A stretch of DNA of 32,000 bases from an archaeon (GTDB taxonomy: Archaea; Asgardarchaeota; Thorarchaeia; Thorarchaeales; Thorarchaeaceae). This document shows positions 18,342-27,024 of the stretch, in pieces. The position numbers and the translations under genes were made by a program. The stretch covers positions 1 to 32,000 of the forward strand of contig JAJRZD010000120.1 in assembly GCA_024275415.1 (NCBI GenBank), read 5' to 3'. Positions within the stretch are counted from its first letter, which is position 1; each line of letters opens with the position of its first letter. The notes beneath the pieces are model-generated. The model was given only the letters and a program-made list of their open reading frames with translations, did not search any database and was not told the origin of the DNA.

Positions 18342-18574
18342 ATGAGCTCCGTGACTCACCGAGAACGAATTGTGAAGTATTCCCTTAAGAGACCTGTGAC
18401 TGCAGCCTCCATGGTGTTCGGTGGTTCCAGGTCTTCCGTCTACCTTGGCGCAAGGCCTACTCCGAAGGAGGTCGAGAAGGACTGCGGCCCGTGTCCACGG
18501 CAATCCGTGCATCGTTGGGCAGGAGAGCATACGATGGTTCTTACAACATTTTAGGATTAAATTTCTTGAGATAG
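18342..18574 (+). pseudogene. Frameshifted N-terminal HTH remnant of an IS transposase (IS481/IS630-like)
   Basis: Frame from 18342 reads MSSVTHRERIVKYSLKRPVTAASMVFGGSRSSVYL; after a -1 shift at about 18445 it continues WRKAYSEGGREGLRP. No DDE domain follows. Confidence 0.7.
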
Positions 18575-18797
18575 TAATATGAAAACACGAATTTTCTGTT
18601 GAGATATACTTGTCATTTATACATACCAATGCAATCGCTAGCTCCGGGTTTCGTGTGGTCGGGTAAAGAACTATCACAAAATCGCTTATGCGGGTACTTT
18701 CAGGAGCCGTTAGTACAACTGGACAATGCAGTGAACATTTGGAGATTTCATCATCTAACTATGACAATAGACGGCCCTTCCAGTGCCACTTGGTCAA

Positions 18798-19217
18798 CTA
18801 TACGGGATCAATGACATCTATTGTTGGTACACGTTTGAAAGCATGGTCATGGGTCATTATCTTGTTAATGGATTCTTTCTCCATCGTGGCCAAGATTGAT
18901 GCATCCCGCCCACCAATCCCCAAGTGCGAATATTCACATAGTTTCTCTCTTGTCAGGTTAAGAGTTTCCACATCCAATGCATATAGGGGGATTTCATAAT
19001 CCATGAAAACACGTGCTTTCTCTCCGCCTGCCAAAGGGCCTAGGCGTTTGATAAGATAATGAAGAGTTTCAACCACAATAGTACCATTGATGGCAGCTCG
19101 TCCCTGTCGTAGTGCGACCTCAACCGGTTTGATGACTTGTGTATGCTCTGAGAGAGTAGTATCAAAATAATAGGCCCAAATGTTGGTATCGATGAGGATC
19201 AAGGTACAGTTCTCCAT
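18798..19217 (-). CDS. vapC: PIN-domain toxin (VapC family); likely start TTG at 19202 overlapping the antitoxin TGA
   Basis: ILIDTNIW, IVVE, DASILA, IMTHDHAF: PIN acidic tetrad D...E...D...D. Confidence 0.92.
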   Translation of the reverse strand: MENCTLILIDTNIWAYYFDTTLSEHTQVIKPVEVALRQGRAAINGTIVVETLHYLIKRLGPLAGGEKARVFMDYEIPLYALDVETLNLTREKLCEYSHLGIGGRDASILATMEKESINKIMTHDHAFKRVPTIDVIDPV

Positions 19218-19432
19218 ATCTCCTTTAGCTTCAGTGGATCCAAATCGCCTTCAACTGTGATGCATCCTCTCAGCTCTTCCATGAAGACATTCAAATCAAC
19301 TGCTTTCGTTATAAGCACGCCGTCCTTCGTCGGTGTGATACGAACACTATCTCCAGGCTTGAAACCTGCTTTATCACGCAGCTCCTTCGGGATTGTGATA
19401 CGGCCGCGTTCGTCTACTACATTCTTACCCAT
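19199..19432 (-). CDS. vapB: AbrB/MazE/SpoVT-family antitoxin (VapB)
   Basis: VDERGRITIPKELRDKAGFKPGDSV signature; directly upstream of and overlapping the PIN gene. Confidence 0.92.
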   Translation of the reverse strand: MGKNVVDERGRITIPKELRDKAGFKPGDSVRITPTKDGVLITKAVDLNVFMEELRGCITVEGDLDPLKLKEIWRTVP

Positions 19433-19477
19433 TTAACCACCCATTCCCATTTCCAATCCCATATCTTTAAGCCTTTT
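19428..19477 (-). promoter_or_regulatory. vapBC promoter: BRE (AAAAGG) + TATA (CTTAAAGA) + ATGGG repeats + GGTGG RBS
   Basis: Minus strand reads CAAAAGGCTTAAAGATATGGGATTGGAAATGGGAATGGGTGGTTAAATGGG. Confidence 0.65.
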
Positions 19478-19872
19478 GCATCGTTATTGGATGCAGAATG
19501 GTCGAGCCTAGGCTATGCTATAGATAATTGCAGTAGCATGTTTTCCAGAATGTTGGTTCGAGGTTTGAGTACGTTGGGAAAATGACCCAGATATGTCATT
19601 CAGACCACCAAGATGAGATTGATGGTCTTTCTTAAGAAACAAATAGAAATCGAGTAAGGATCATGTGACAGGCTCAAATCATTTCTTAGACATTGTATTA
19701 GGTTACAAGGACAGTCAATTCGGTTCTGTGGAAAAAGTCCACCAACCAAAATTACTTGATACGATTGGCTCGCCGTTCTTATTTGGGTCGCCTGAAAAGT
19801 GACAAAACCGCGTGTTAATCTTACAACTTCCGTCCATATCATTCGACTTGTTCCATAGAGCCAGTCAATTCC

Positions 19873-19884
19873 AAAACCTTATAA
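19873..19884 (+). promoter_or_regulatory. BRE-TATA (AAAACCTTATAA) for the 19958/20335 operon
   Basis: Purine run followed by CTTATAA about 75 bp upstream of ATG 19958. Confidence 0.55.
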
Positions 19885-19907
19885 CTGGACAAACCCTTTT
19901 GATATGT

Positions 19908-19944
19908 TGACGGTTGTTGTCGATTGTTGTCGATAACTGACGGT
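19908..19944 (+). repeat. Four TG(A/T)CG motifs at exact 10-bp spacing, including a TTGTTGTCGA x2 tandem
   Basis: TGACG 19908, TGTCG 19918, TGTCG 19928, TGACG 19938; the outer two are both TGACGGT. Confidence 0.85.
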
Positions 19945-19957
19945 GGGACTGCGCTAA

Positions 19958-20323
19958 ATGACGTACAAGCACAAGAAGAACAAGTGCTTCAAGGAAACAA
20001 AAGAAATCCTTGAAGAGGTCTTAAACAAAAAAGAAGAAGCATACAGGTGTATCGACTGCGCTGAGGCGATCCATTTGGAGAATCCGATGGAGCAGATCAT
20101 CACAGAGGAAATAGATACCCCTGATGTGAGAAACCCGACCAATGCTATTTTTGAGGAAACTGTGGGGCAGGACGACAGTCTTCTGACACCCGAGGCAAAT
20201 CTAGAGTCATACCAAACACTCGAGGAACTGGAAGTGCCCGATGAGAAGGAGATAATCGAGATATCCAAGAAAGGAAAGAAGAATGGAGCCTACTCCCAAT
20301 TGAAGGATAAATTCACAGGATAA
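19958..20323 (+). CDS. Hypothetical protein, 121 aa (basic N-terminus, CxxC, acidic low-complexity C-half)
   Basis: ATG start behind a promoter; 11 bp gap and GGTGA RBS before the next gene. Confidence 0.65.
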   Translation: MTYKHKKNKCFKETKEILEEVLNKKEEAYRCIDCAEAIHLENPMEQIITEEIDTPDVRNPTNAIFEETVGQDDSLLTPEANLESYQTLEELEVPDEKEIIEISKKGKKNGAYSQLKDKFTG

Positions 20324-20334
20324 GGTGAACATGC

Positions 20335-20697
20335 ATGGGGGATAATGACGAGCTGGATAAACTCAAGGATGAAATCCGCGTCCTCAGAAAGACAGTGAAG
20401 AACCTCACCAAGACAATTGATGACCTTAGGACAAAGGTTTCAAGTAGAGAGATGAAGACGACTTCCTATCAGATATTCCCGAATTCAGAGAATTGTCTCG
20501 AGTATGATGCCAGCTGGCAGCGGCTGGTGAGCTTGCTAGAGGGGACTGGCTTGGGTCTTAGTGCTGCTGAGGCTGCAAGGATGTGGGGTAAATCACGTTC
20601 TAGGACAAGCGAGGTCTTGAACAAGCTCGTTGACCAGGGGCATCTGATGAAGTACAGGGATGGTAGGCAGATCAAATTCAGGGCTGTTGATGGATAG
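20335..20697 (+). CDS. N-terminal coiled coil + C-terminal winged-helix HTH DNA-binding protein
   Basis: Heptads LDKLKDEIRVLRKTVKNLTKTIDDLRTKV; wHTH GLSAAEAARMWGKSRSRTSEVLNKLVDQGHLMKYRDGRQIKF. Confidence 0.85.
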   Translation: MGDNDELDKLKDEIRVLRKTVKNLTKTIDDLRTKVSSREMKTTSYQIFPNSENCLEYDASWQRLVSLLEGTGLGLSAAEAARMWGKSRSRTSEVLNKLVDQGHLMKYRDGRQIKFRAVDG

Positions 20698-20856
20698 TAT
20701 AGCGAAAGTTCGGTTATCGGTAGTCTATCTGAGAACAGCACTAGTGGGAAAAGTGCATCTGCATCCTAGAAGATGTATAGTACAATTAAGCCAACTCAGG
20801 TAGTCTTAAGTATAATGTAGTGTAAAGACGGTTTAATACGAGCTGAGTGTACCGTC

Positions 20857-23166
20857 TTGAATAGAAAGAAAAACGCGCCCTCTTCCGAGGTCGAAGTATA
20901 TACGAGTCGTCTATACGAACTCAACGCAGCCGCACAGGAAGCCGTTCGGGACTTCTCACTACATGATATTGACGATATGGAAGGGTTAGAGAAGAAACGC
21001 CTGAGAATGCACGATGCATTCACGACCCTATATGATGAGCTGGCAGTGTTCAGCGAAACACTGATGGGAGAAGATTTTGACCTTGCGTTCATCCGCAACA
21101 GGCTTGCCACTGCTGAAGGCGAAGCTAAGGAACAACTAGAGCGGGCAATGTAGGAGATCCAAATTCAGATTCGGAACAATCTCGCCGACATCTGGATGGC
21201 AAAGGTACTGGCGTGGCTACACCAGGCTGCTGCTGCAAGTGGCCCGTTCACAGACGAGGAACATGAGGATGCGACAAAAAATGCATTGAAACACCTTGCA
21301 GTGGTATACACAATGCTTGAGAAGCCCTTCTCAGCAGTGCCTGCAACTGTGGATGGCACTCAGAAATTGCGTCGTGTTGCACTGGGCTACAGAGCATATA
21401 GTCTGACCAAGTCGGTTTTGGATGATGATGCTCCCGAGCTTGTGGAGATACTGGGAAAGAACAAGAGTGCTGAAGCCGAGTTCTTCGACGAGTTCGTGAA
21501 CGAGTTGATCAGTCTGGAGAGCACTTTCAGGCAGGCATTCAACCCGTTCGACGAGCTAATCTGGCGGGACATCCTCAATGCATTCATCTTTGAGAAAGCA
21601 ACCGACCTATACAACGAGGCAATCCCATACTACAAGAAATCAGAGTCAGCCGACAAACAGAGGATCACCCAACTCAAGGCATGGAAGCACAACACTGCGG
21701 GTCTGAGCGAGGTGTACTTGGGACTGACCTACCAGGACATAGCGGATGCTCAGATGCGCGCAGGGAATCTTGAAGATGCGTCGAAACTCTATCTTTCGGC
21801 GTCTGAAGCATTCGGTCGGGCTGAGAAGCTCTTCGCGGCCATCATTGCACTCCAAGGAAATGCAGACCAATCCCGTATCGATAAGGAGCATAAGAAGGCC
21901 CAAGCGTTGTTCTGTAAAGCAGAAGCTGCCGTTCAGACATTTTCAGACCTGCTTCAGGTCAACAATACAAAGGAAGCATTCTCCGTGTTGAAGGAGATAT
22001 CCAGAGACCTGAAGAAAGCAGAAAAACTGTCCAAGACACGAGAACTAATCGCAGCAATACGAGAGAACCTGCGCATCTTTTCCTTTGTGGGAGAACTTCT
22101 AAAGAAAGAGCCTACTGACAGCCGCGGGATCACTGAACAGATCAAGTTCGCGCAGGATCTCAGGAAAGAAGGACTTATCCAAGATGTGAACAAATCACTG
22201 GACGAGGCTGCGAATCGCCTAGGGGATGATCCCTCGGACGCGCTTGAATCGATCCGCGAGGCGCTAACGAGCCTTGGCATCCTCCTCAGCCTAAGCACTG
22301 GAGACGAGGATGTCACCATACTCAGAAACAAGACCCTCGCCATTCTGAGTAATGTCAAATATGTCATTCAGTTCAGATTGAGTTCCCAGCTCCAGCCAGG
22401 AGTCAAATTCATCACTTCTCGCATCCTTGAGAATCTCCATGCAAAGGAAGCCGCAAGCTATTACCGCAAGGTGGGACGAAACGAGACAGCAGACGAGCTA
22501 GAAGACCTTGGGAGGCTTGCATTGTCCACGGCACTCGCAACGGAGGCACAAGTATTTGCAAGACACTCGGAGCAGTGGGCAATCCGGGCACAACTAGAAA
22601 GGGCCAACTCGTTCGCTCGTCTTCAAGATGAGATAATGCAATTCGATGATGATAATGAAAACATCGAGGATGCCCTGAAAGCCCATGACGCCACTATCGA
22701 CAAGATCTCGCGCGCCATCGCGGCGTTCCATGCTGCCGCTACAGAACTGGACGGTGTTGTCGGCGAACTCGTCAGGCGTAAGAACAATGTCGATGGACAG
22801 GTGCAGCAGCTCAATGGTGTCGTGATGAAGTTCAAGGGCGACCTCCTTCGATTGGAAGGAGCCAAGAACGATTTCCTCGGGGAGTACCTTTCAAAGAAAG
22901 GGAACAAGTCAAAAGCAGAACGATACTTTGACAGCGCTAAGGACTTGTTCAGAGAAGCCGCTGGAAACTACACCGTTGCAGCGCAGGTGTTCCAACAGGT
23001 CGGAGACATCCAAGCCGCACAGAACGTCGATATGAGAGCCAAGACCTCGGACCTCCTTGCCCGTAGCACATGGGACAATCGACAGCGTGTCAGCAGAGAT
23101 CAAGAACCTGCCTACAAGGGCGAGTCTGAGCTCATCGCTCTTTACCTCGGCGGTACAGGACAGTAA
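20857..23166 (+). CDS. Large all-alpha helical-repeat (TPR/SNAP-like) protein; 98-aa and 656-aa ORFs in the same frame separated by one TAG at 21151-21153
   Basis: 21196-20857=339 (in frame); the 14 codons between the TAG and ATG 21196 are open. Repeated A..Y..A...F..A helices. The 21196-23166 part is clearly coding; joining the two is inference. Confidence 0.75.
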
Positions 23167-23230
23167 CTAATCCCGTTCCTTCGCTCTTTGTAATTCCTAT
23201 CGTCAAAAGGACTGCACACAGGTGCTCGGG

Positions 23231-25417
23231 CTATTGAACAGCTACCTGCTCAATGCCCGTTGCACCCGAAACGGCTGCTACAGTGAAATGACGTGTTGTC
23301 TTGAATGGTGTAAACGCAATCCCGCCTGCATGGTAGAACTTGCTGAACCATTCTACAAAGTGTAGCCTAAGTGTATGCATGAAAGCTAACAGACCTTCGA
23401 GTATTCCGACGATGAAGGTGCCAACGATGGCGCCGATGAGGGACATACCGGGCTGGATGAGTTCGCCATGATAGGGGACAGCCTCTGGGATGAGTTCAAA
23501 GCCGCCGATGGAGATGGGTGGAAAATTGATGACAAGGAGTCCGGAGGTGAAGGAGAAGAAGACACCGCTGAGGATGACATGCACGGTATTGAGGGCGAAG
23601 ATACGTGCATAGCTCACGGTGTGGCTAATCATTCCCAAGGCAGACTCGATGAAGTGAACGGCGCCGTCCATGCCATGCTTAAATGAGAGCAAAGCCATGA
23701 GGATCAATGGGACGAAGAGGCAAAAGATGGTGAACTGCATCGGTGCGATTGGGAGTGTCGGATAGACGCCATTGTTACCGATACCACGCCCGATACCGAC
23801 AATGGGCAACCAGAGATTCACAAAGCCATCAGAGCTAAACCACCTGTCGATGCTGTTGTAGCTCACACCGAAGAGGAGGTTGACGAACCCAAGGTAGAGC
23901 CAGAGATAGAAGAAGCTGGTAAGGGCTCCGTCGAGTTTCCTGTGCTTTGCCTTGTTATAGATGTCAAGAAGGATGCCCAAGGTGATGTGGATGATGCCGA
24001 CCTCAATGGACAGTTTCAGCATGTGGGCAGCACGATAGACATTTTGGGTCCCGTCGGGGAAGTAGTGTACGAAGATTGGCCACTGCGCTTCGATGACTGT
24101 TTCAGAGCCGAAGAAACTGCCGAACAAGAACCCGCCGATAATAGCGAAGATACCCATCATCACCAGTCCGTAGCCACCGTTCTGAATGTAGCCGAGGATC
24201 TGGCCCCAGTCGTCACCGCGTCGGTTTGCGCGGATGGCGGCAAGCCCGATGAGCAGGATGAGTAGTCCCTGTCCGATGTCTGCGAATACGAGCCCGAAGA
24301 TGACAGGGAATGAAAGCCACATGATCTTAGTGGGGTCAAGGTCATCCTTTGAAGGGACACCGTATGCAGCCACGACATCCTCTGTGGGTTTCATCACACT
24401 GGGATTGTCAAGATAGGTAGGAGAGTCTGTTTCTGCGAAATCGGGACTGTCGAATGTGAGGTCGTAGGCTGTGCCCACATGTTCCTTCAGCAACGAGTCA
24501 AGCTTCTTTTGAGTGCCATCAGGTATCCATCCCCATGCCTTGACAGAGGATTCCGTGTACACGAAATAGCTCTTGATGTTAACTCGTGCCTTCTCGATTT
24601 CGAGTACTTCCCATGCTGCAAGTACTTTCGGCCCCCATTCCTTTGCGATGAGTTCTTTCCTGTTCTCCAATCGCTCAATCTGGGTTTCCAAGTCTGCAAT
24701 CTTAGACTCGGCTTCATGCGCGATGTCAGTAGGGCTGCCGGTGTAGTCAGTGGGGACTGTGAAGGTTTCGAAACCAATGGCTGTGAAGATACGCTCAGCA
24801 GCTTCCTTTCTCTCAATGGGGATGCTGACACTGGCGATCATCATATTCTTCCCTTTCGGCGCGGGGACAGCCCTGAACACGTAAGCCCCGTCGGTAATCT
24901 CATTGAGGCTCCATTCCAGTTTGCTGAGCCGACCAGCCTCGATCCTTCCCGCGGTAGTAAAGGTATACTCGGAAGAGCCTATCATCTCAAGGTTCAAACC
25001 AAGGGGTTCCAAAGAGAGGGCGACATCGCGAACGCCCTTCTGGCTCTCCAGTTCGAGCATAAGGGCTGCAAGCTCGCTGTCGGTTTCGAGTACCTCGGAT
25101 TCAACAGCTTGGACGACCTCCGAAACGTAGGAGAGGGATCCTGAGATCTCTCGGTCATCGATTGTGATCCTCTCACGTGAACTTCTTGAGGTATCAAGCC
25201 CTAATGACTCAATGATGGTAAGGATTCTGTCGCTCACTGCAAAAACAGATTCCTCATCTCGTGTGCGTTTCGTGTCGATGATTCCTGCCTGATGACGGAC
25301 ATCGATGGGCTCAAAGAGTCCGAACTCCTCCAGGGCAAGGATCATCTTTCTGTCCAAGTCCTTATGAGAGATGACTTTGGCGACAAGCATTTTCGAGGGG
25401 CTCATTCTTAGGTTCAT
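23231..25417 (-). CDS. atpI: A/V-type ATP synthase subunit I (a)
   Basis: Soluble N-half; YGVPSKDDLDPT, FGLVFADIGQG, GFLFGSFFG, SHTVSYARIFAL with the essential Arg, LRLHFVEWFSKFY..GG..FTPF. Confidence 0.96.
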   Translation of the reverse strand: MNLRMSPSKMLVAKVISHKDLDRKMILALEEFGLFEPIDVRHQAGIIDTKRTRDEESVFAVSDRILTIIESLGLDTSRSSRERITIDDREISGSLSYVSEVVQAVESEVLETDSELAALMLELESQKGVRDVALSLEPLGLNLEMIGSSEYTFTTAGRIEAGRLSKLEWSLNEITDGAYVFRAVPAPKGKNMMIASVSIPIERKEAAERIFTAIGFETFTVPTDYTGSPTDIAHEAESKIADLETQIERLENRKELIAKEWGPKVLAAWEVLEIEKARVNIKSYFVYTESSVKAWGWIPDGTQKKLDSLLKEHVGTAYDLTFDSPDFAETDSPTYLDNPSVMKPTEDVVAAYGVPSKDDLDPTKIMWLSFPVIFGLVFADIGQGLLILLIGLAAIRANRRGDDWGQILGYIQNGGYGLVMMGIFAIIGGFLFGSFFGSETVIEAQWPIFVHYFPDGTQNVYRAAHMLKLSIEVGIIHITLGILLDIYNKAKHRKLDGALTSFFYLWLYLGFVNLLFGVSYNSIDRWFSSDGFVNLWLPIVGIGRGIGNNGVYPTLPIAPMQFTIFCLFVPLILMALLSFKHGMDGAVHFIESALGMISHTVSYARIFALNTVHVILSGVFFSFTSGLLVINFPPISIGGFELIPEAVPYHGELIQPGMSLIGAIVGTFIVGILEGLLAFMHTLRLHFVEWFSKFYHAGGIAFTPFKTTRHFTVAAVSGATGIEQVAVQ

Positions 25418-25604
25418 GGCCTATCACACCGCATTATTATAGCCGTAGTAGATATCAAGGCATCATGCTTGAAACTAGGCGTTGACACCGAAGAAAATCA
25501 CATTCCCTGATAAGCCTTATGACCCATATTGCCAAAAATGGCAAGCTTAATCTTTATCAAGGATTGTGACACGGGGACAGTAGTTTACCTTCAGAGGGAT
25601 AATA

Positions 25605-25925
25605 ATGGAATCGCCCCAAGACGGAGTTGATCAGATTCATGCCGCAGAAACGGCTGCTCGCGAAAAGATTGAAGAAGCAGAGAGGAGAGCAAGAGAAATC
25701 CGCGAGGAAGCCGAACGCGAGTCACGGATGATTCTGGAGCAAGCAAAAGAGTCGGCAAAGAGAGAATCGACGAGAATCCTAGAGAACATCTCAGACGAGG
25801 CACGTAAGGTGGAAGGCGAAATCCAGAAGGACACCGAAGCCAAGATCCAACAGATTGTTGCAGCAGCTGAGAAGAAGAAGAAAGACGCTATCAAAAATGC
25901 GGTCAAAATTCTATTGGAGGACTAG
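25605..25925 (+). CDS. atpH: A/V-type ATP synthase peripheral stalk subunit H (V-type G equivalent)
   Basis: I..AE..A...IEEA...A..I..EA pattern, E/K/A-rich helix, directly upstream of subunit E. Confidence 0.85.
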   Translation: MESPQDGVDQIHAAETAAREKIEEAERRAREIREEAERESRMILEQAKESAKRESTRILENISDEARKVEGEIQKDTEAKIQQIVAAAEKKKKDAIKNAVKILLED

Positions 25926-25928
25926 ACG

Positions 25929-26549
25929 ATGAGTGGTATCTCTACTATTATTGAGATAATCGAAACCAAGAGTGAAGACAAGGTCAAAGGCGTTATCCGA
26001 GAGGCCGAACTCCAGAAAGAGGAGGTCATTAAGAAAGCTAAGGAGAAAGCCGAGGAAATCCAAGCGGAACTCTTGAAGAAGGCAAAAGCGGAAAGCGATG
26101 CTGAGTTAGCCCGACAGGCAGCCAGCGCAAAGCTGAAGGCGAAATACAAGGTTCTTGAAGCAAAAGAAGCCATTATGAAAGAGGTTCTTGCCAGCGCAGA
26201 GGCTGATATCAAGATGCTTGTAAAGGGCGGTAAATACGAAGAAACCCTCACACGTCTTGCCGTAGCGGCAGGAAAAGCGTTGAACGAGGACAAGTTGGAG
26301 ATAGTCGTTCCTAAAGGTCAGGAGAAGGCGGTGAATGTCAGTGAGATATCCAAGATGCTATCAGACGAGCTTGGGAGAAAGATCACTGTCAAGATAGCAA
26401 AGGACACAATCAGATCTGTGGGTGGTTTGATCGTCAGGAACTCGGGCAACACCAAGTGGGTTGACAACACATTCGAAGCCAGAATTGAACGTCTAGAAAA
26501 GAAGATCCGTGATGCGACTGCCTCTTTTCTTTTTGAGAGTACGGAGTAA
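25929..26549 (+). CDS. atpE: A/V-type ATP synthase subunit E
   Basis: I...I...A...I..EA helix; C-terminal GGLIV...DNTFEARIE. Confidence 0.93.
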   Translation: MSGISTIIEIIETKSEDKVKGVIREAELQKEEVIKKAKEKAEEIQAELLKKAKAESDAELARQAASAKLKAKYKVLEAKEAIMKEVLASAEADIKMLVKGGKYEETLTRLAVAAGKALNEDKLEIVVPKGQEKAVNVSEISKMLSDELGRKITVKIAKDTIRSVGGLIVRNSGNTKWVDNTFEARIERLEKKIRDATASFLFESTE

Positions 26550-26612
26550 TAGAAAATCAGGTTGAAGCGAGAAGGATGGAGAAATCCATCCTCTACTTCG
26601 CTACTTGTTGTA

Positions 26613-27005
26613 CTAATGCATTAGTTGTGGAATATATCCAACAAGAAGGAAAGCGATAACGAAGCCATAAATTGCAATAGCTTCGATAAATACGACGTAC
26701 AGAATCGACTTTCCAAAGGTTTCGGGTTTCTCTGTGATAGCACCTAGTGCTGCAGCGGATGCGGTTCCCATGCCCAGGCCACCGCCAATACCGGCGAGTC
26801 CAATGGCAAGACCTGCACCAACTGCGAGACCCATTATTGCCCATCCAGTTGTGTCAGTGGTTGCATCTTGAAGTGCGGAGAAGCCTGATCCAGAAGTGAT
26901 GCCAGCCGCGGATGCGGGTAGAAGTATCAGGGACATTACTATTGAGAACAGGACCGCGCCCAAGATGAACAACATGAAGCTGCTTGTTCGTGTGTCTAAT
27001 TTCAT
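26613..27005 (-). CDS. atpK: A/V-type ATP synthase proteolipid subunit K (c), single hairpin with N-terminal hydrophobic presequence
   Basis: GLAGIGGGLGMG glycine helix, loop EKPETFG, carboxylate helix FIEAIAIYG; AAGGAG RBS. Confidence 0.95.
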   Translation of the reverse strand: MKLDTRTSSFMLFILGAVLFSIVMSLILLPASAAGITSGSGFSALQDATTDTTGWAIMGLAVGAGLAIGLAGIGGGLGMGTASAAALGAITEKPETFGKSILYVVFIEAIAIYGFVIAFLLVGYIPQLMH

Positions 27006-27024
27006 CGGGTATATCTCCTTTCTA

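Noticed and set aside
18533-18556. Possible right terminal inverted repeat of the IS relic (TCTTACAACATT)
   Set aside because: Only a weak match to the reverse complement of the putative left end at 18271; no target duplication identifiable.
18222-18800. vapC frame continues through two TAGs into the 151-aa ORF (18222-18677, minus strand)
   Set aside because: The extension has no recognisable protein features and is partly the antisense of the IS relic; VapC is complete at its TAG.
15046-19432. HerA + PIN nuclease as an anti-phage defence system
   Set aside because: The PIN gene has its own AbrB antitoxin and is separated from the ATPase by trmI; no evidence of a joint operon.
19712-19871. 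CAGTCAATTC repeated at 19712 and 19862
   Set aside because: Only two 10-bp copies 150 bp apart; compatible with chance; not a CRISPR array or iteron set.
25605-26549. ATPase subunits H and E are in frame (TAG-ACG-ATG), suggesting a readthrough fusion
   Set aside because: One-in-three chance event. H/G and E pair as a parallel coiled coil, so a linker-less tail-to-head fusion is structurally implausible.
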